Positions 49,066 to 62,199 of a stretch of DNA of 64,000 nucleotides are shown in pieces. A model generated the notes under the pieces. It made no database searches. It was not told where the DNA came from and saw only the letters and a list, made by a program, of their open reading frames with translations. This DNA comes from Heptranchias perlo (taxonomy: Eukaryota), in assembly GCF_035084215.1 (NCBI RefSeq), contig NC_090335.1, forward strand, positions 54,126,001-54,190,000, given 5' to 3'. A program made the translations under genes and the position numbers. Numbering within the stretch: the first letter of the stretch is position 1; the number at the start of each line of letters is the position of its first letter.

Positions 49066-50390
49066 GAAAAACTTGCATTTATATATCACCTTTCATGACC
49101 TCAGGGCGTGCCAAATCCGCTTTACAGCCAATGAAGTAGTTTTTGATGTGTAACCACTGTTGTAATGTAGGAAAAGTGGCAGCCAATTTGCACACAAGGT
49201 CCCACAAACAGCAATGTGATAACATAGGAACAGGAGTAGGCCATTCAGCCCCTCATGCCTGCTCCGCCATTTGATAAGATCATGGCTGATCTGTGATCTA
49301 ACTCCATATACCTGCCTTTGGACCATATCCCTTAATACCTTTGGTTGCCAAAAAGCTATCTATCTCACATTTAAATTTAGCAATTGAGCTAGTATCAATT
49401 GCCGTTTGCGGAAGAGAGTTCCAAACTTCTACCACCCTTTGTGTGTAGAAATGTTTTCTAATCTCGCTCCTGAAAGGCCTGGCTCTAATTTTTAGACTGT
49501 GCCCCCTACTCCAAGAATCCCCAACCAGCGGAAATAGTTTCTCTCTATCCACCCTATCTGTTCCCCTTAATATCTTATAAACTTCGATCAGATCACCCCT
49601 TAACCTTCTAAACTCTAAAGAATACAACCCCAATTTGTGTAATCTCTCCTCGTAACTTAACCCTTGAAGTCCGGGTATCATTCTAGTAAATCTACGCTGC
49701 ACTCCCTCCAAGGCCAATATGTCCTTCCGAAGGTGCGGTGCCCAGAACTGCTCACAGTACTCCAGGTACGGTCTAACCAGGGTTTTGTATAGCTGCAGCA
49801 TAACTTCTGCCCCCTTGTACTCTAGTCCTCTAGATATAAGGCCAGCATTCCATTAGCCTTATTGATTATTTTCTGCACCTGTTCATGACACTTCAATGAT
49901 CTATGTACCTGAACCCTTAAGTCCCCTTGGACATCCACTGTTTTTAACTTTTTACCATTTAGAAAGTACCCTGTTCTATCCTTTTTTGATCCAAAGTGGA
50001 TGACCTCACATTTGTCTACATTGAATTCCATTTGCAACAGTTTTGCCCATTCACCTAATCTATCAATATCGCTTTGTAATTTTATGTTTTCATCTACACT
50101 GCTTACAATGCCACCAATCTTTGTCTCATCGGCAAACTTAGATATGAGACTTTCTATGCCTTCATCTAAGTCGTTAATAAATATTGTGAATAATTGCGGC
50201 CCCAAGACAGATCCCTGCGGGACTCCACTAGTCACATCCCTGCCAATGTGAGTACCTTCCCATTATCCCTACTCTCTGTCGCCTTTCTATCCACCCGATA
50301 ATGACCAGATAATCTGTTCTTGGTGTTGGTTGAGGGATAAATATTGGCCAGGACACCAGGGAGAAGCCCCCTGCTTTTTTATGCACGTAA
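49066..50390 (-). mobile_element. DeuSINE-type SINE with L2-like tail, split by a CR1 insertion
   Basis: - strand GGTGTCCTGGCCAATATTTATCCCTCAACC...GATTATCTGGTCATTATC | ACATTGCTGTTTGTGGGACC, recalled as Deu-domain-like. Confidence 0.6.
49223..50296 (-). mobile_element. CR1 LINE 3' fragment with 5-bp TSD GATAA
   Basis: ORFs 49298-49801 and 49822-50235; GATAA at 49218-49222 and 50297-50301. Confidence 0.92.
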
Positions 50391-50780
50391 ATAGCTTATG
50401 CATCACTTCCAGTGAAGTTACAGTGTCGCAGCAGGAGCAGCTGCCAGGAGATTGATGGCCATGGAGAAAAACATTGTAAAAATGGGACAAATGGGTCAAC
50501 ATGGGAACCATGCTGTCGAATAATCCTCAACAGACAGCAAAGGGAAGCAATTTCACTTTTAACGTGTTGGGTGGGGGTGGGGGGGGGGGGGTTAAAAACA
50601 ACATTTTAACCAGAAGAGATCTTTCAGTATTTTTCTACAATTTATTTGAGTAATAAATTTATTTCAGTAATAAATTATTTTTATATTTTAAAGAAAAGTA
50701 ATTAGGGCTGATTTTCCTCAAGTCGACATGAGCAGAATGCCTGTTCCATGGATGCAGAGTTTAGGATAAAAGGGTCCATG

Positions 50781-51821
50781 ATAGAATCATAAAATCATAG
50801 AAAGGTTACAGCATGGAAGGTGGCCATTTAGCCCATCAAGTCCGCGCCGGCTCTATGAACGAGCAATCCAGATAGTCCCACTCCCCTGCCCTATCCCTGT
50901 AGCCCTGCAAATTTTTCCTTTCAAGCACTTATTCAGTTCCCTTTTGAAGGCCATGATTGAATCTGCCTCCACTACCTCCTCAGGCAGACCATTCCAGATC
51001 ATAACCACTCGCTGTGTAAAAAAGTTTTTCCTCATGTCACCTTTGGTTCTTTTGCCAATCACCTTAAATCTATCTCCTCTGGTTCTTGATCCTTCCGCCA
51101 ATGGGAACAGTTTCTCTTTATCTAGCCTCTCTAGACCCTTCATGATTTTGAATACCTCTATCAAATCTCCTCACAACCATCTCTGTTCCAAGGAGAACAA
51201 CCCCAGCTTCTCCAGTCTATCCATGTAACTAAAGCCTCTCATCCCTGGAACCATTCTAGTAAATCTCTTCTGCAGCCTCTCTAAGGCCATCACATCTTTC
51301 CTGAAGTGCAGTGCCTGGAACTGGACACAATACTCCAGTTGTGGCCGGATCAGAGTTTTATAAAGGTTCATCATGACTTCCATACTTTTGTACTCTATGG
51401 GGGTGATTTTAAACCCCAAAAACGGGTGGGTTGGGGGCGGGTGGGAGTTGAAAATTGTTGTTTTTTGGGTCGGGACTGCAACCTGGCTTTATTTCTGGGT
51501 TTAACGGTGGCACATACAGGCTTCCCACTGGGAATGCCAAGCCCAAAAATATTACGGTTGCGACCCAAAAAAACCCAACTATTTTCAACACCCACCCGCC
51601 CCCAACCCACCCATTCTTGGGGTTTAAAATCACCCCCTATGCCTCTATTTATAAAGCCCAGAATCCCGTATGTTTTTTTAACCGCTTTCTCAACCTGCCC
51701 TGCCACCTTCAACAATTTGTGCACATATAACCCCACATCTCTCTGTTCCTGTACCCCTTTTAGAGTTGTGCCCTCTCGTTTATATTGCCTCTCCTCATTC
51801 TTCCTACTGAAATGTATCACC
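50781..51821 (-). mobile_element. CR1 LINE 3' fragment carrying a MITE
   Basis: ORFs 50853-51164, 51171-51419, 51395-51820. Confidence 0.9.
51399..51637. mobile_element. 239-bp PIF/Harbinger-type MITE
   Basis: TIR GGGGGTGATTTTAAACCCCAA at both ends with ~70-bp imperfect arms; 3-bp TSD TAT; removing it restores CR1 TACTCTATGCCTCTATT. Confidence 0.9.
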
Positions 51822-52036
51822 CTGCCAAGTCTTCATCCCTTTATGTTGCCCTGAGATTTCTAGGCCTTCACCAATGGGGCTGATGTAGGTCTGTGGCTGC
51901 AACAGAATGGAAATGAGGTGTAGGGGGAAACTTCCATCATTCCTGCGTCATTTTTCAGTAGCTTTTCCAGTGGGGTGTCCCTTTGGAAGGGCACCCATAA
52001 GAAACAATGCTTAAGGTGTTGCTCCCAGCCCTTCTC

Positions 52037-53537
52037 TGTAAGATTCTCAAAATTCACAGATCCCCCAAAACTCGGAGGAAAACCCTAATGAAAAGGACTT
52101 GGGACTCTTTTCTAACCATTTCAGGGTGATGAAATATTGGGCCAACTCACACACGCGCCGCACCAGGAAGCATCAACCAGGGAAAAGTACTTTTCGAGGA
52201 ATTCACGTCCTTTAAGGGACTCGCTTCCTCGTAGGGGCAACTGTAAGAATTTTGGGAATTCACCTTTTCCCTGAGAATGGAAAACTTTGGCCGTTGACTA
52301 AAATCCTAAGATGGAAGGATAGGTGAGAGGTCACCAGACGAATCAACAACACACACAGTGGAATGTGGGAGAATTACTGCTTCAGATATGTCTCTGTTTT
52401 AATGCAAAACCTACAGCAGGTGGTCAACACTCAGCATTAATTCAAAAGGCAGTAGGTCATTGAAAGAGGCAACTGCTCCAGACTAAGTGGGGCCATGTCT
52501 TTGTTTTAAAGCAAAACCAATCAACACCTAGGACGTTGGATACAAAAGGAAGCCTTATGTGGCAAGCTCTACAAATCGGAATTAACAATGTCAAATCAAG
52601 AAAAACAATTGCAACATGATGAGAAACCATCAAAAGCCATCAAAGATTCTGAAGGACTTTGTAAGAACTGTTCAAACAGACATGAAGTGCCTTTTATTTT
52701 AAGTGACGAAGACCATTGTAAGAGAGGGATATATATGTGGAAACTCGAAACCCCTCTCTCTCTCTCTCTGGCTCTTGCTGGCTCTTGTGTTCTGCTTCTC
52801 TTGTTCTGCCTGTCTCTGGAAGGAGAGCAGCTTCCAGCAAAACCAAGGAACCCTACGTGAGAGAACCGGTCAGCCAGACCTGCAAGTGCAAAGGATTGTT
52901 CAGTTCAGTTTGGCCAGGAGTTCGACAGCTCGGGAGGTGACAGTTCAACAAGGCGAGGGGGCAACAGAGAGAAGGTCAGCAGCTCTAGAAGCAGGCCGAC
53001 ACACAAGAAGAAACCAGAACAACAGCCCCACTGACCATCAGACACCTCGCGGCAACAAGGGCCTTACGAAACAACCAACCAAATATTGCCACCAACCAAC
53101 CGGGTAATATTGGGCCACCGCGACCAAAGAAAACCGACTCGGGAGAAAACCGAAGATCCGCAAAGTTTCCACTCTACAATCTATTTCTGACTTACCTCTG
53201 GGTGAATTACTGTCAAGGATTCATTTGGTGAGCATTATCCCTGGTCCTTTAGAGTCCAATTTAGCTAGTAAAGTGGGATTGGAAGGGGTGAGGTATCTTT
53301 CTACTGCAATTTCCCTCGTGTGTACCGAAGTGTTCCCCATTTTATTAGAGTGTTAAGATTGTTGTGTTGTATTTTCTCTCTTGAATAAAGATCGAAGTTT
53401 CTTGCACCAAAACCGGTTGTCTGCTGCACTTTGTCACAGCCCCCAAATAAGTCCAAGGTCTAGAACCCAGGGAGTGGGAGCGATTCGAACCGCTCAGAAG
53501 TTAGAGGTGAAGCTGACACACACCACCACCCCCTACA
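52037..53537 (+). mobile_element. Probable solo LTR (ERV/Gypsy type), 1.5 kb
   Basis: TGTAAG...CCTACA termini, 4-bp TSD TCTC, TATA-like ATATATAT (~52729), AATAAA (~53384). Confidence 0.6.
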
Positions 53538-55807
53538 TCTCCAATTAGGACCTTTTGTTTTTAGGATTGTGGTTCCAGGGATCGGCAGCAGGTTTTCTGG
53601 CTGCTGTTGCAGCTGCGGTCGATGTTCCTGCCCCAGTTCATGGCATGAGGCCCTGCCAGGGTGTGGGCTGTGCTGTGTCTGTTCACCGCCTGGGCAACGG
53701 GTGTCCAGAAATATTGGGCCTATTGGGGCCGTTTCCTACCCCCCCCCCCAACCACTGCACAGATGCAACATGCCCGAGGTGCGCTGTGACTGTCGAGGCC
53801 AAGCTGTACCTGAGTTTGGCATACCAGGCCATTAGCATGGCATGGTCATACCCTAGTGCAGGCTTGCCATATGGCAGGACTTTGCACTGGGAAACAGGGG
53901 CAGAAAGAAGACTGCAGCTGCAGTCCTGATGACTGTCCTTGGGACCTCTTGCCTGCCAGAAGGGCATCCGAGCCTGAAAAAGAAATCACCATACTGTTGA
54001 TGAAAAAGAGTTTCCCACCTACTTCTGGACCTCTTCCCCCTGCTGCCGAGCCCCCCAATGCCCTCTGATCTGAGGGGGATCCTGGCACAACCCATAGTCA
54101 GTTTCGTGTTGAGCCCTTGTGTCTGGGCACCCCTGTGCCGCAACCACAGGAAATGGAGGCATAAGGCCTCCACCCCATCCCACCTCATTTACATCAGTGC
54201 GCTGTGTCTGCACCCATTGCTAGTGCAGGACCTGCTGCTCCCCTTAGAGGAAGGGTTGGAAACCCTACGTAAAGGGGGCAGAGAGTTTTAAAAGTCTCCA
54301 CCCCTTTTTTCCTGACCTTTGTCACCAGGGAGTAGGCGTTCCCTGGGACCAAGGTCAGGAAAATGTCCACCTGTATTTACAAGTTAAGGTTGAAGTGTCC
54401 CAAATCTCTGAGGCATAGAGCCTCTCAAAGTGTAAGGCTGAATCTGCCTAACCACTCACTGCCAAGGTAAGCCTACTCAACAGTATCATTAGCAGGTTTA
54501 CAAGTTTCTATTTTTTATCATCTGACTTCCTGCTGGTTCACGTATCCTTTCCTTTATCTCAGTTATTTACCATTTCTTGCATACTGCTGCAGACAAATTA
54601 AAATAATGGACTTACTGCCTGAAAAATGAAATGTCTATGATGGAAAAAACTAGCAGAAAATCTATCTAGCCCACAGAATCATAGGATAGTGACATTTCAG
54701 CCATTGGTTTTGAACACGGTAATTTAAAAAGAATGAGGTCACTGAAAGGTAAGTGGCTACAAATGTGGGGCGGAATTTTTTCTTAAAAGCTTTTATAAGC
54801 CTATTAATTACCCAAACATTGGCAAAGCATTGATAAAGCCTGCACATGGAAAAACTAATGATAGACAAAATATATATGAAGGTTAGCAATGGTGTCTCTT
54901 GACAAGTGAGGGAACAGCGCAGTACCCAACCAACTACTTGATAGAAAGGTCAATGAGCTGTTACATGAAGTGGGTATCAGCAGTGTTGTCCTTTTTGGCA
55001 CTTAATGGAAATCTCTCCAGAGGACAGGCATGTAGTATGCCTAGCAAATTCAGTCTCAGTACATAAGACACAGGAACATATGCAGAAGAGGGCGGTGCAC
55101 CTTAAGAAAGCAGCCCAACAGTATATGGTCAGGATACACATGCCATAAAATGTTGCTAGGCACCTTGCTGTAGAATTATCTCTGGCCCATACTAAACCCT
55201 TACATAACTTTACAGTTCATGCATACCCTTAATTGTAAATTGAAAGCCTCGGCACACTCACAACTTCAAAGTGCTTCACATGTAAAAGCACTGTAACACA
55301 GTCCAGCTGCATGCCTGGTCACTTAATGACCCTGAGCATGGGCTGCAGCTGATGTACATGTCTGTCACTAAATGTGTTCCTTTAACTTACAACATAAAAA
55401 AATTACTTCTCTGCTTACATGACAAGATGGCACCTGATACAGGGAACAGATCCAAACTAGAGAAGTCAGGAATTATAAGTCTTTGTCTCCCTTTGAAAAC
55501 ACCACCCTGGGCAACTATGATCATAAAAGCATTAAAATTCTAAGAGACAGTGAAGTGGTAGTCCTCCCCCAAACTAAGAGCTAGTACCTTCAAATTTTAA
55601 TGATTTGCCCCCTCTTACTCGCTCCCACACTGGCATAAACATAACCACACTTGCACAGTTAGAATCCTGTACTCCGAGCTTTGTTTGGCAGCGTCTCTTA
55701 AAGAGACAATTGCAACTTTTGTCACTTTTGTCATTGCAGGCCTGGAACAGCACCTGCCAGCACTGCCAGGACAAGATGGTGGATGGTGGTGGACATTTAA
55801 ACAAATC

Positions 55808-57524
55808 ATGTGCTGGGCTCCGTCATTGTTGAGGATGGAGATGTTCATGGAACCTGCTCCTCCTTTTAGTTGCTTAATTGTCCACCACCACTCATGACAA
55901 TTAAACAACTAATGGGAGATGGAGACTCCTTGAACATCCCCATCCCCATTGATGTCGGAGCCCAGCACGTGAATGCAAAAGATAAGGCTGAAGCGTTTGC
56001 AACCAATTTCAGCCAGATGTGTTGAGTGGAAGATTCTTCTGGACCTCCTCCTGAAGTCCCCACCATCACAGATGCCAGTCTTCAGCCAATTTGATTCACT
56101 CCACGTGACATCAAGAAACAGCCTTTGCTGTGTCCAGTGCACTGACCTGTGCTCCGACGCTAGCCGCGCCCCTAGCTAAGCTTTTCCAGTACAGCTACAA
56201 CACTGGCATCTACCCGAAAATATGGAAAAATGCACAGGTATGTCCTGTCCACAATAAGCAGGACAAATGCAACCTAGACAATTACTGCCCCATCAGCCTA
56301 CTCCCAGTCATCAGAAAAGTGATGGAAGGGGTCATCAACAGAGGTATTAAGTGACCAATAACATTCTCGCCAGTGTTCATCTTCAGTTCCACTAGGGCCA
56401 CTCGGGTCCAGACCTCATTACAACCTTGATCCAAATATGGACACAAGAGCTGAATTCCAGAGGTGAGGTGAGAGTGACCACCCTTGACATCAAGACAGTA
56501 TTTGAGCAAGTGTGGCACCAAAAGAGCCCTAGTAAAACTGAAGTCAATGGTGATCAGGGGGAATACTCCCCAGTGACTGAAATCATACTTGGCATAACAG
56601 AGGATGGTTGTGGTTGTTGGAGGCCAATCATCTCAGCTAAGGACTGTAGGAGTTCCTCAGGGCAGCGTCCTAGGCCCAAACATCTTCAGCTGCTCCATCA
56701 TAGGGTCAGAAGTGGGACTGTTCACTGATGATTGCACAGTGTTCAGCTCTACTTGCAATTCTGCAGATGATGAAGCAGATCATACCCATATGCAGCAAGA
56801 CCTGGATAACATGCAGACTTAGTCTGATTAGTGGCAAATAACATTTTTGTCACACAAGAGCGAGGCAACTACCATCTCCAGCACCCTTGAAGGCTGCCTG
56901 AATGCCATGGCTACTAGAGCAGGTCAGAAGCTGGGTATTCTGCGTCGAGTGGCTCACCTCCTCACCACCCTCTCCCCCCCGCCAAAGCCTCTCCATCACC
57001 CACAAGGCACAAGTCAGGAATGTGATGGAACACTCTCCACTTACCTGGATGGGTTCAGCTGCAACAACACTCAAGAAGCTCAACACCATCAGGACAAAGT
57101 AGTCCGCTTGATCGGAAACCTATCCACAAGCTTAAACATCCACACCATCCACTACTGGTGTACCATGGCTGCAGTTTGTACTATCTACAGGATTCACTGC
57201 AGCAAGTCACCAAGGCTTCTTTGGCTGCACCTCCCAAACCACCACCACTTAGAAGGACAAGGGGCATGGAAAGACTATCACATAAAAGTTCACCTCCAAG
57301 TCACACACCATCCTGACTTGGACATATATCGTCGTTCCTTCATTGTCGCTGGGTAAAAGTCCTGGAACTCCTTACCTAACAGCACTGTAGAAGTACCTTC
57401 ACCACATGGACTGCAGTGATTCAAGAAGATGGCCCAACACCACCTTCTTAAGGGCAACTAGGGATCGAAAATAAATACTGGCTTTGCCAGCAAAGCTTAC
57501 ATCTCGAAGAATGAATTAAAAAAA
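55808..57524 (+). mobile_element. Old CR1-Zenon-like LINE copy with fold-back inverted 5' end
   Basis: Decayed RT ORFs 56130-57356; A tail ~57519; 55808-55882 is an imperfect reverse complement of 55896-55972. Confidence 0.85.
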
Positions 57525-57977
57525 GATGGGATCTCACAGCACCCTGCAGCCCTCTCAGCAACTTTTTCTAGCTCTAATCTCCAAGTCACACTTTAAAGGG
57601 GAAACATCGGCATAAAAAATAAAATGATAAGTGTCGAGCAGTTAAATAGAGCTGTCATTAAATTTAACGTCATTTTTCTCTTTGCAGTGTTGAAATAAAT
57701 TCATAACTTATACATGTTCGAAAAATTATTTTCTTGTCAAGAGAATGTTGAGTGTGCGATTAATTATTATATGCAGTTTGCTGGGTACATATGAGATTAC
57801 AGGACTATCTGGTTCTTCACAGCACATGACCTGATAAAGTGACTTGTGTATCATTTTACCAGGCTTGCAAATGACGTGAGTGGTGATGTCATTGTCATTG
57901 ATTGATTCTGCCGCTAAAAAATGAAATTACTGAAGGTTTATTTCACAAACTTCAAGATAAATCATTGACAAGACTAT

Positions 57978-58092
57978 GGGGTAGATAATGACTCTGTACG
58001 ATAGTGTGAAACGGGTGATAGCGAATTGGCAGCCCGATTTACATCTCTCCCGATTTTATTTCCATTGACTTTACAAAGTCACCAGCTACCCC
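57978..58092. mobile_element. 115-bp Harbinger-type MITE
   Basis: GGGGTAG.../...CTACCCC termini, TSD TAT; 5' part homologous to 59598-59690. Confidence 0.7.
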
Positions 58093-58384
58093 TATTTGTC
58101 AATTTTAGGGGTTCAAGCGCATCTAAAAGGACACTTTATTGGACAGGTACAGTTTGTGGATTATAGAGAATAGGCTCTGCTTCAGGGTTCTGCTGTGAAA
58201 CCATTGGAACAGAAAGGTGTACTTTAAAAAACCCAGAACTGTAATGAAGCATCAATATACTGAAGGACAGAACTTCCGATTGGTGACACTCATGCATGAG
58301 CCATAAAACATTCATACTAAACAGGTTAATGCCTGCATAAAAATAGTGCAGTGCAGAAATGATTGCCCATATTGCTCATTCGGG

Positions 58385-58445
58385 TTGGGCAATAAATGCT
58401 GGCCTTGCCAGCGACGCCCACAGCCCATGAACGAATAAAAAAAAA
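58385..58445 (+). mobile_element. Zenon-like LINE extreme 3' end
   Basis: TGGGCAATAAATGCTGGCCTTGCCAGCGACGCCCAC...A tail. Confidence 0.8.
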
Positions 58446-59597
58446 TCTAATACATGGCTGTTAAGCATTCATATATGAAAAATGCTGATTGAATATTCTA
58501 CCCTCTTTTGTCTTCATACAGTAAAAGAGCTTCTTGGTATCCTTATGGATAAGGCTGTGCCTGGCATAATGTGAGATTTGATTGAATAAATTTATGCTGA
58601 TTCGTATTTAAGAAATGCCACAGGATGTGGAAAGCTGAACATTCTTTGTGCAATCATTCTCAGGAAATCAGCAATAACAGGAAATGTCAATATCATTAAG
58701 TAACAGTAATCTAATTGTTTAATGGAGTGCAAAGCCTATAGACATAGAGGTGAATGAAATGATATAAACTGAAGTAGTGTTTGTTATAACTGATTTAAAG
58801 GCAATCAGTACACACCTATCTATGAGGGGTGTGGTGAAGTGTTAAAGCAAAAGAGAAGCAAACCATGGAGGCAATGAATGTGTTCACGTTTTGTTTAATG
58901 TGATCTTTAATGTGAAACATTTTTAATATAGTCCAGTCCTGTACATTGAAATGTAAAAAGCACCAGACAGTGAGCTTTGATTTTTTATTGGACCCTAAAT
59001 GTATTTCCTGTGACCACATGTTCAACAATTAGATAATAAAAAGCACACATAATGAACTCTAAGTTTACTCTTATTGAAGTCTCCTTGATTTCACTTTGTT
59101 GCATTTCTAATTTAATGTCTTAAGCAGCCAACTTACTTTAACTTCTTAAAGGGACACGGCTTTCATTAAAAAGTGTTTAGCAAATCATTACTTCACTTCC
59201 ACATCTTGTAATGGTGAAAATGATGCATGGTTCTGAGTTTTCTTTCTCCCCAATAATAACAATCATTTATCAAACACTTATCCTGAACATGCTGCCCCTT
59301 TAAGTACTAAATGCTAGATGCAACTTTTAAAATTTGCATTTCTCAATATAGTTTTTTTGAAAATATTTTATTGTAAATAGCTTGTAAATGTTATAAAGTT
59401 TAACCACTGAAACAGTGCGCTTTTCCTTTCGTGAATGCATTTTTACATAATAGTGAAAGAGGAGATAATATTGAATATTGTCATAGAACTTGAATGTTAA
59501 CAGGGAAGTATATGGTAATAAGAGGATTGATTAATATCTGGAATTTAAAACCAATATTTTCAATCATACCTAGGCTCTCCAATCATTTAACAAGTTT

Positions 59598-59933
59598 GGG
59601 TAGATTTTGACTTTGGACGATAGTGTGAAACAGGTGATAGCAAATCGGCAGCCCGTTTTATATCTCTCCTGATTTTTATTTCCATTGCCTTCAGGCAAAC
59701 CAATCTTGCAGTGGAGGTCTCAAACAGGAGTTAGGCCTCTTATTCGAAGATGCAAAGGGCCTATTTCAGGTGTGGACACTCCACGACGATTTTTTTATCG
59801 TGTCCCAAGATGGCGGAAGGCGCAGCTCTGGCTAGAGATATGTGCTCACTTCTGCCCGCCATATTGCGGGCTTAGTAGGCCCAGTAGCACCCGAAAAACA
59901 GGTGCTGCGTGACCGAATAGTAAATTTTACTCC
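59598..59933. mobile_element. Harbinger-type MITE
   Basis: GGGTAGATTTTGACT / AGTAAATTTTACTCC termini; shares CGATAGTGTGAAAC.GGTGATAGC with the 57978 element. Confidence 0.6.
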
Positions 59934-60037
59934 TTTTTATCTGTAAGACTTTGGGGAAAACAGTCTTTCATAGACCTCCCAATATGATGCTTGCGTGTGT
60001 GTGAGGTGATATTCCTGGTATCTGTACAGAGTCTGAA

Positions 60038-60869
60038 GGGGGAGTTTTAACCCCCCTACGATGGGCGGGAGAGGGTCGGGGTGGGAAGTGGGGGGTGGTG
60101 GTGGGGGTGTTAAATCGGTAAAAATGTGAAACCCAACCCCAACCCACTGCAAGTGGGCCTACTTCCGGTTTAACCGTGGCGGGTGTGGGGGCAGCCGAGT
60201 AACCCACTCTCCAGCGACGGATCCAAGAGTTTATTATTTAAATGAAGCTCCGTTCCTCAGATTTTGGCAGCCATTTGGATTTAATGGCTGTGGGCCGGGT
60301 TTCCCAAGGCTCGGGAAACCCGGCAATTGAAGGGAAGTGGGAGCTGCCAAATCCAGCAGGCAAGTGCTTTTCCAGCATTGCTTGTGGGCCAGGAGGAGTG
60401 GGACTGCTTCTCCTCGGCCCCCCAAGCTAACCTTCTGCTGCGCTCTCTCCCTCAACCCCAAAATCAGCCACCACCCCCACCGTGATTTGCCGACCACCCC
60501 CTCCCTTCGTGGTCCCTCCCTTCCCACGATTTCTTCCTCCCCGCAATCTCTCCCTTCCAGTGATAGGCCAATCTTTCCCTTCCTCCCTCCCACCTTGCCT
60601 CCCCCCAACAATGCCCAGATCTTCTCCGATTGTCGGGGACTATCCCCAGCGGTCCCCAGCTGCGACCTTCTACTGCTGGCTTTCTCGCCTGGCAGCTGAT
60701 CAGCCTCTCAATCTGGCCGGCCCGCCGGACGTGAAATGGAGTAAAAAAAATGCTCATGAGGTCCTGCTGTTAAATTCGGCAGCATCTCAGCCTTCCTTGC
60801 ATTCCTGGGTTTCCCAGCCACAGACATGTGATCCCGCTCCCTCCCTGCCTCCCTGTAAATATCGGGGCC
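60038..60869. mobile_element. Harbinger-type non-autonomous element
   Basis: Left GGGGGAGTTTTAACCCCCC, right GTAAATATCGGGGCC, flanked by TGAA on both sides; homologous to 22763-23422. Confidence 0.7.
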
Positions 60870-60942
60870 TGAATGTCAATTCCAGAAACTGGATCAAACT
60901 GAGAAAGTGATCTCCAAAATTAATAACTGAACTGAAGATTTT

Positions 60943-62199
60943 GGCCCAGATTTTGCTGTGAAAATAATGGTGAGGCTACCCACACTCACCGTTATTTATA
61001 CGCAAATCGGACAGCAACTTCCGGCGAGTGGAGCTGCGCAGTCAGACGCAGAAATCTGGAAGTTGCTCTATGAGATGCACTGCCCCTCCGTCAGCTACGT
61101 GAAAAAGCATCTCGTCACCTGGCTCCCCATTCAAATGTACTGAACAGCTTGAAGTTCCTGTACTGACGTCGTAGATATGGACTAAGTTCGCCACAAAAAG
61201 TTAGGAATACAGGAACAGGAGTGGGCCATTTAGCACCTCGAGCCTGTTGCACCATTCAATGAGATCATGGCTGATCTGTGACCTAACTCCATATACCCGC
61301 CTTAGCCCCATATCCCTTAAAACCCTTGGTTAACAAAAATCTATCAATCTCAGATTTAAAATTAACAATTGAGCTAGCATCAACTGCCATTTGCGGAAGA
61401 GAGTTCCAAACTTCGACCACCCTTTGCGTGTAGAAGTGTTTCCTAACTTCACTCCTGAAAGTCCTGGCTCTAATTTTTAGGCTATGTCCTCTAGTCCTAG
61501 ACTCTCCAACCAGTGGAAATAGTTTCTCTCCATCCACCCTGTCCGTTCCCCTTAATATCTTGAAAACTTCAATCAAATCACCCCGTAATCTTCTAAATTC
61601 CAGGGAATACAACCCTAGTTTGTGTAATCTCTCCTCGTAATTTAACCCTTGGAGTTCAGATATCATTAAAGTAAATCTATGCTGCACTCCCTCCAAGGCC
61701 AATATATCATTCCTGAGGGCTTGTCCATTCCAGTCTAAGCACCCTTTTAACAGCGGGTTAAGTCTTAATGACTGGCAAACAACCTCTCTGGCACTGAAAA
61801 CTAACCTTTACAAGTGTGGAGTTTATTCCTTCAGCTTTTAATTGTTGTTGGACATTTAAAAAACAAATTTTTAATTTTTTTTTTACTTTTTCTTTCTGTC
61901 TCTTTTGTCTCTCTCTCTTAATCCAATCTTTCTTTTCCTCTATTTCGCTTACTGTAATTGATATGACAACTTACACTTCCTGGTTCAGGCTCTGCGCTGC
62001 CCATTAACGATTCTTCAACCTGATTGGTCAAGGAGATAACAGTTGCTTGCCCTGTTCACACAGATCCCAGATGCCCTGTAGAGGGCGCCGCACTGTTCGG
62101 CACTCCCGCTGACAGCAAATTGCCATGCAAAACCCCATAGAAAGTCTATGGGCAAGAGCCAGTCTAATGAATGACGCCGCTCACAGCGAAATCTGGCCC
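60943..62199. mobile_element. Harbinger-type element (family of 40028-40726, opposite orientation) with nested CR1
   Basis: GGCCCAGATTTTGCTGTG / CACAGCGAAATCTGGCCC termini. Confidence 0.75.
61206..61716 (-). mobile_element. CR1 LINE 3' fragment
   Basis: ORF 61283-61702; splits CCACAAAAAGTTAGG|GCTTGTCC of the host element. Confidence 0.9.

Noticed and set aside
51306-51854. 182-aa and 141-aa ORFs spanning CR1 plus MITE
   Set aside because: Chance read-through of a stop-poor palindromic MITE within a CR1 fragment.
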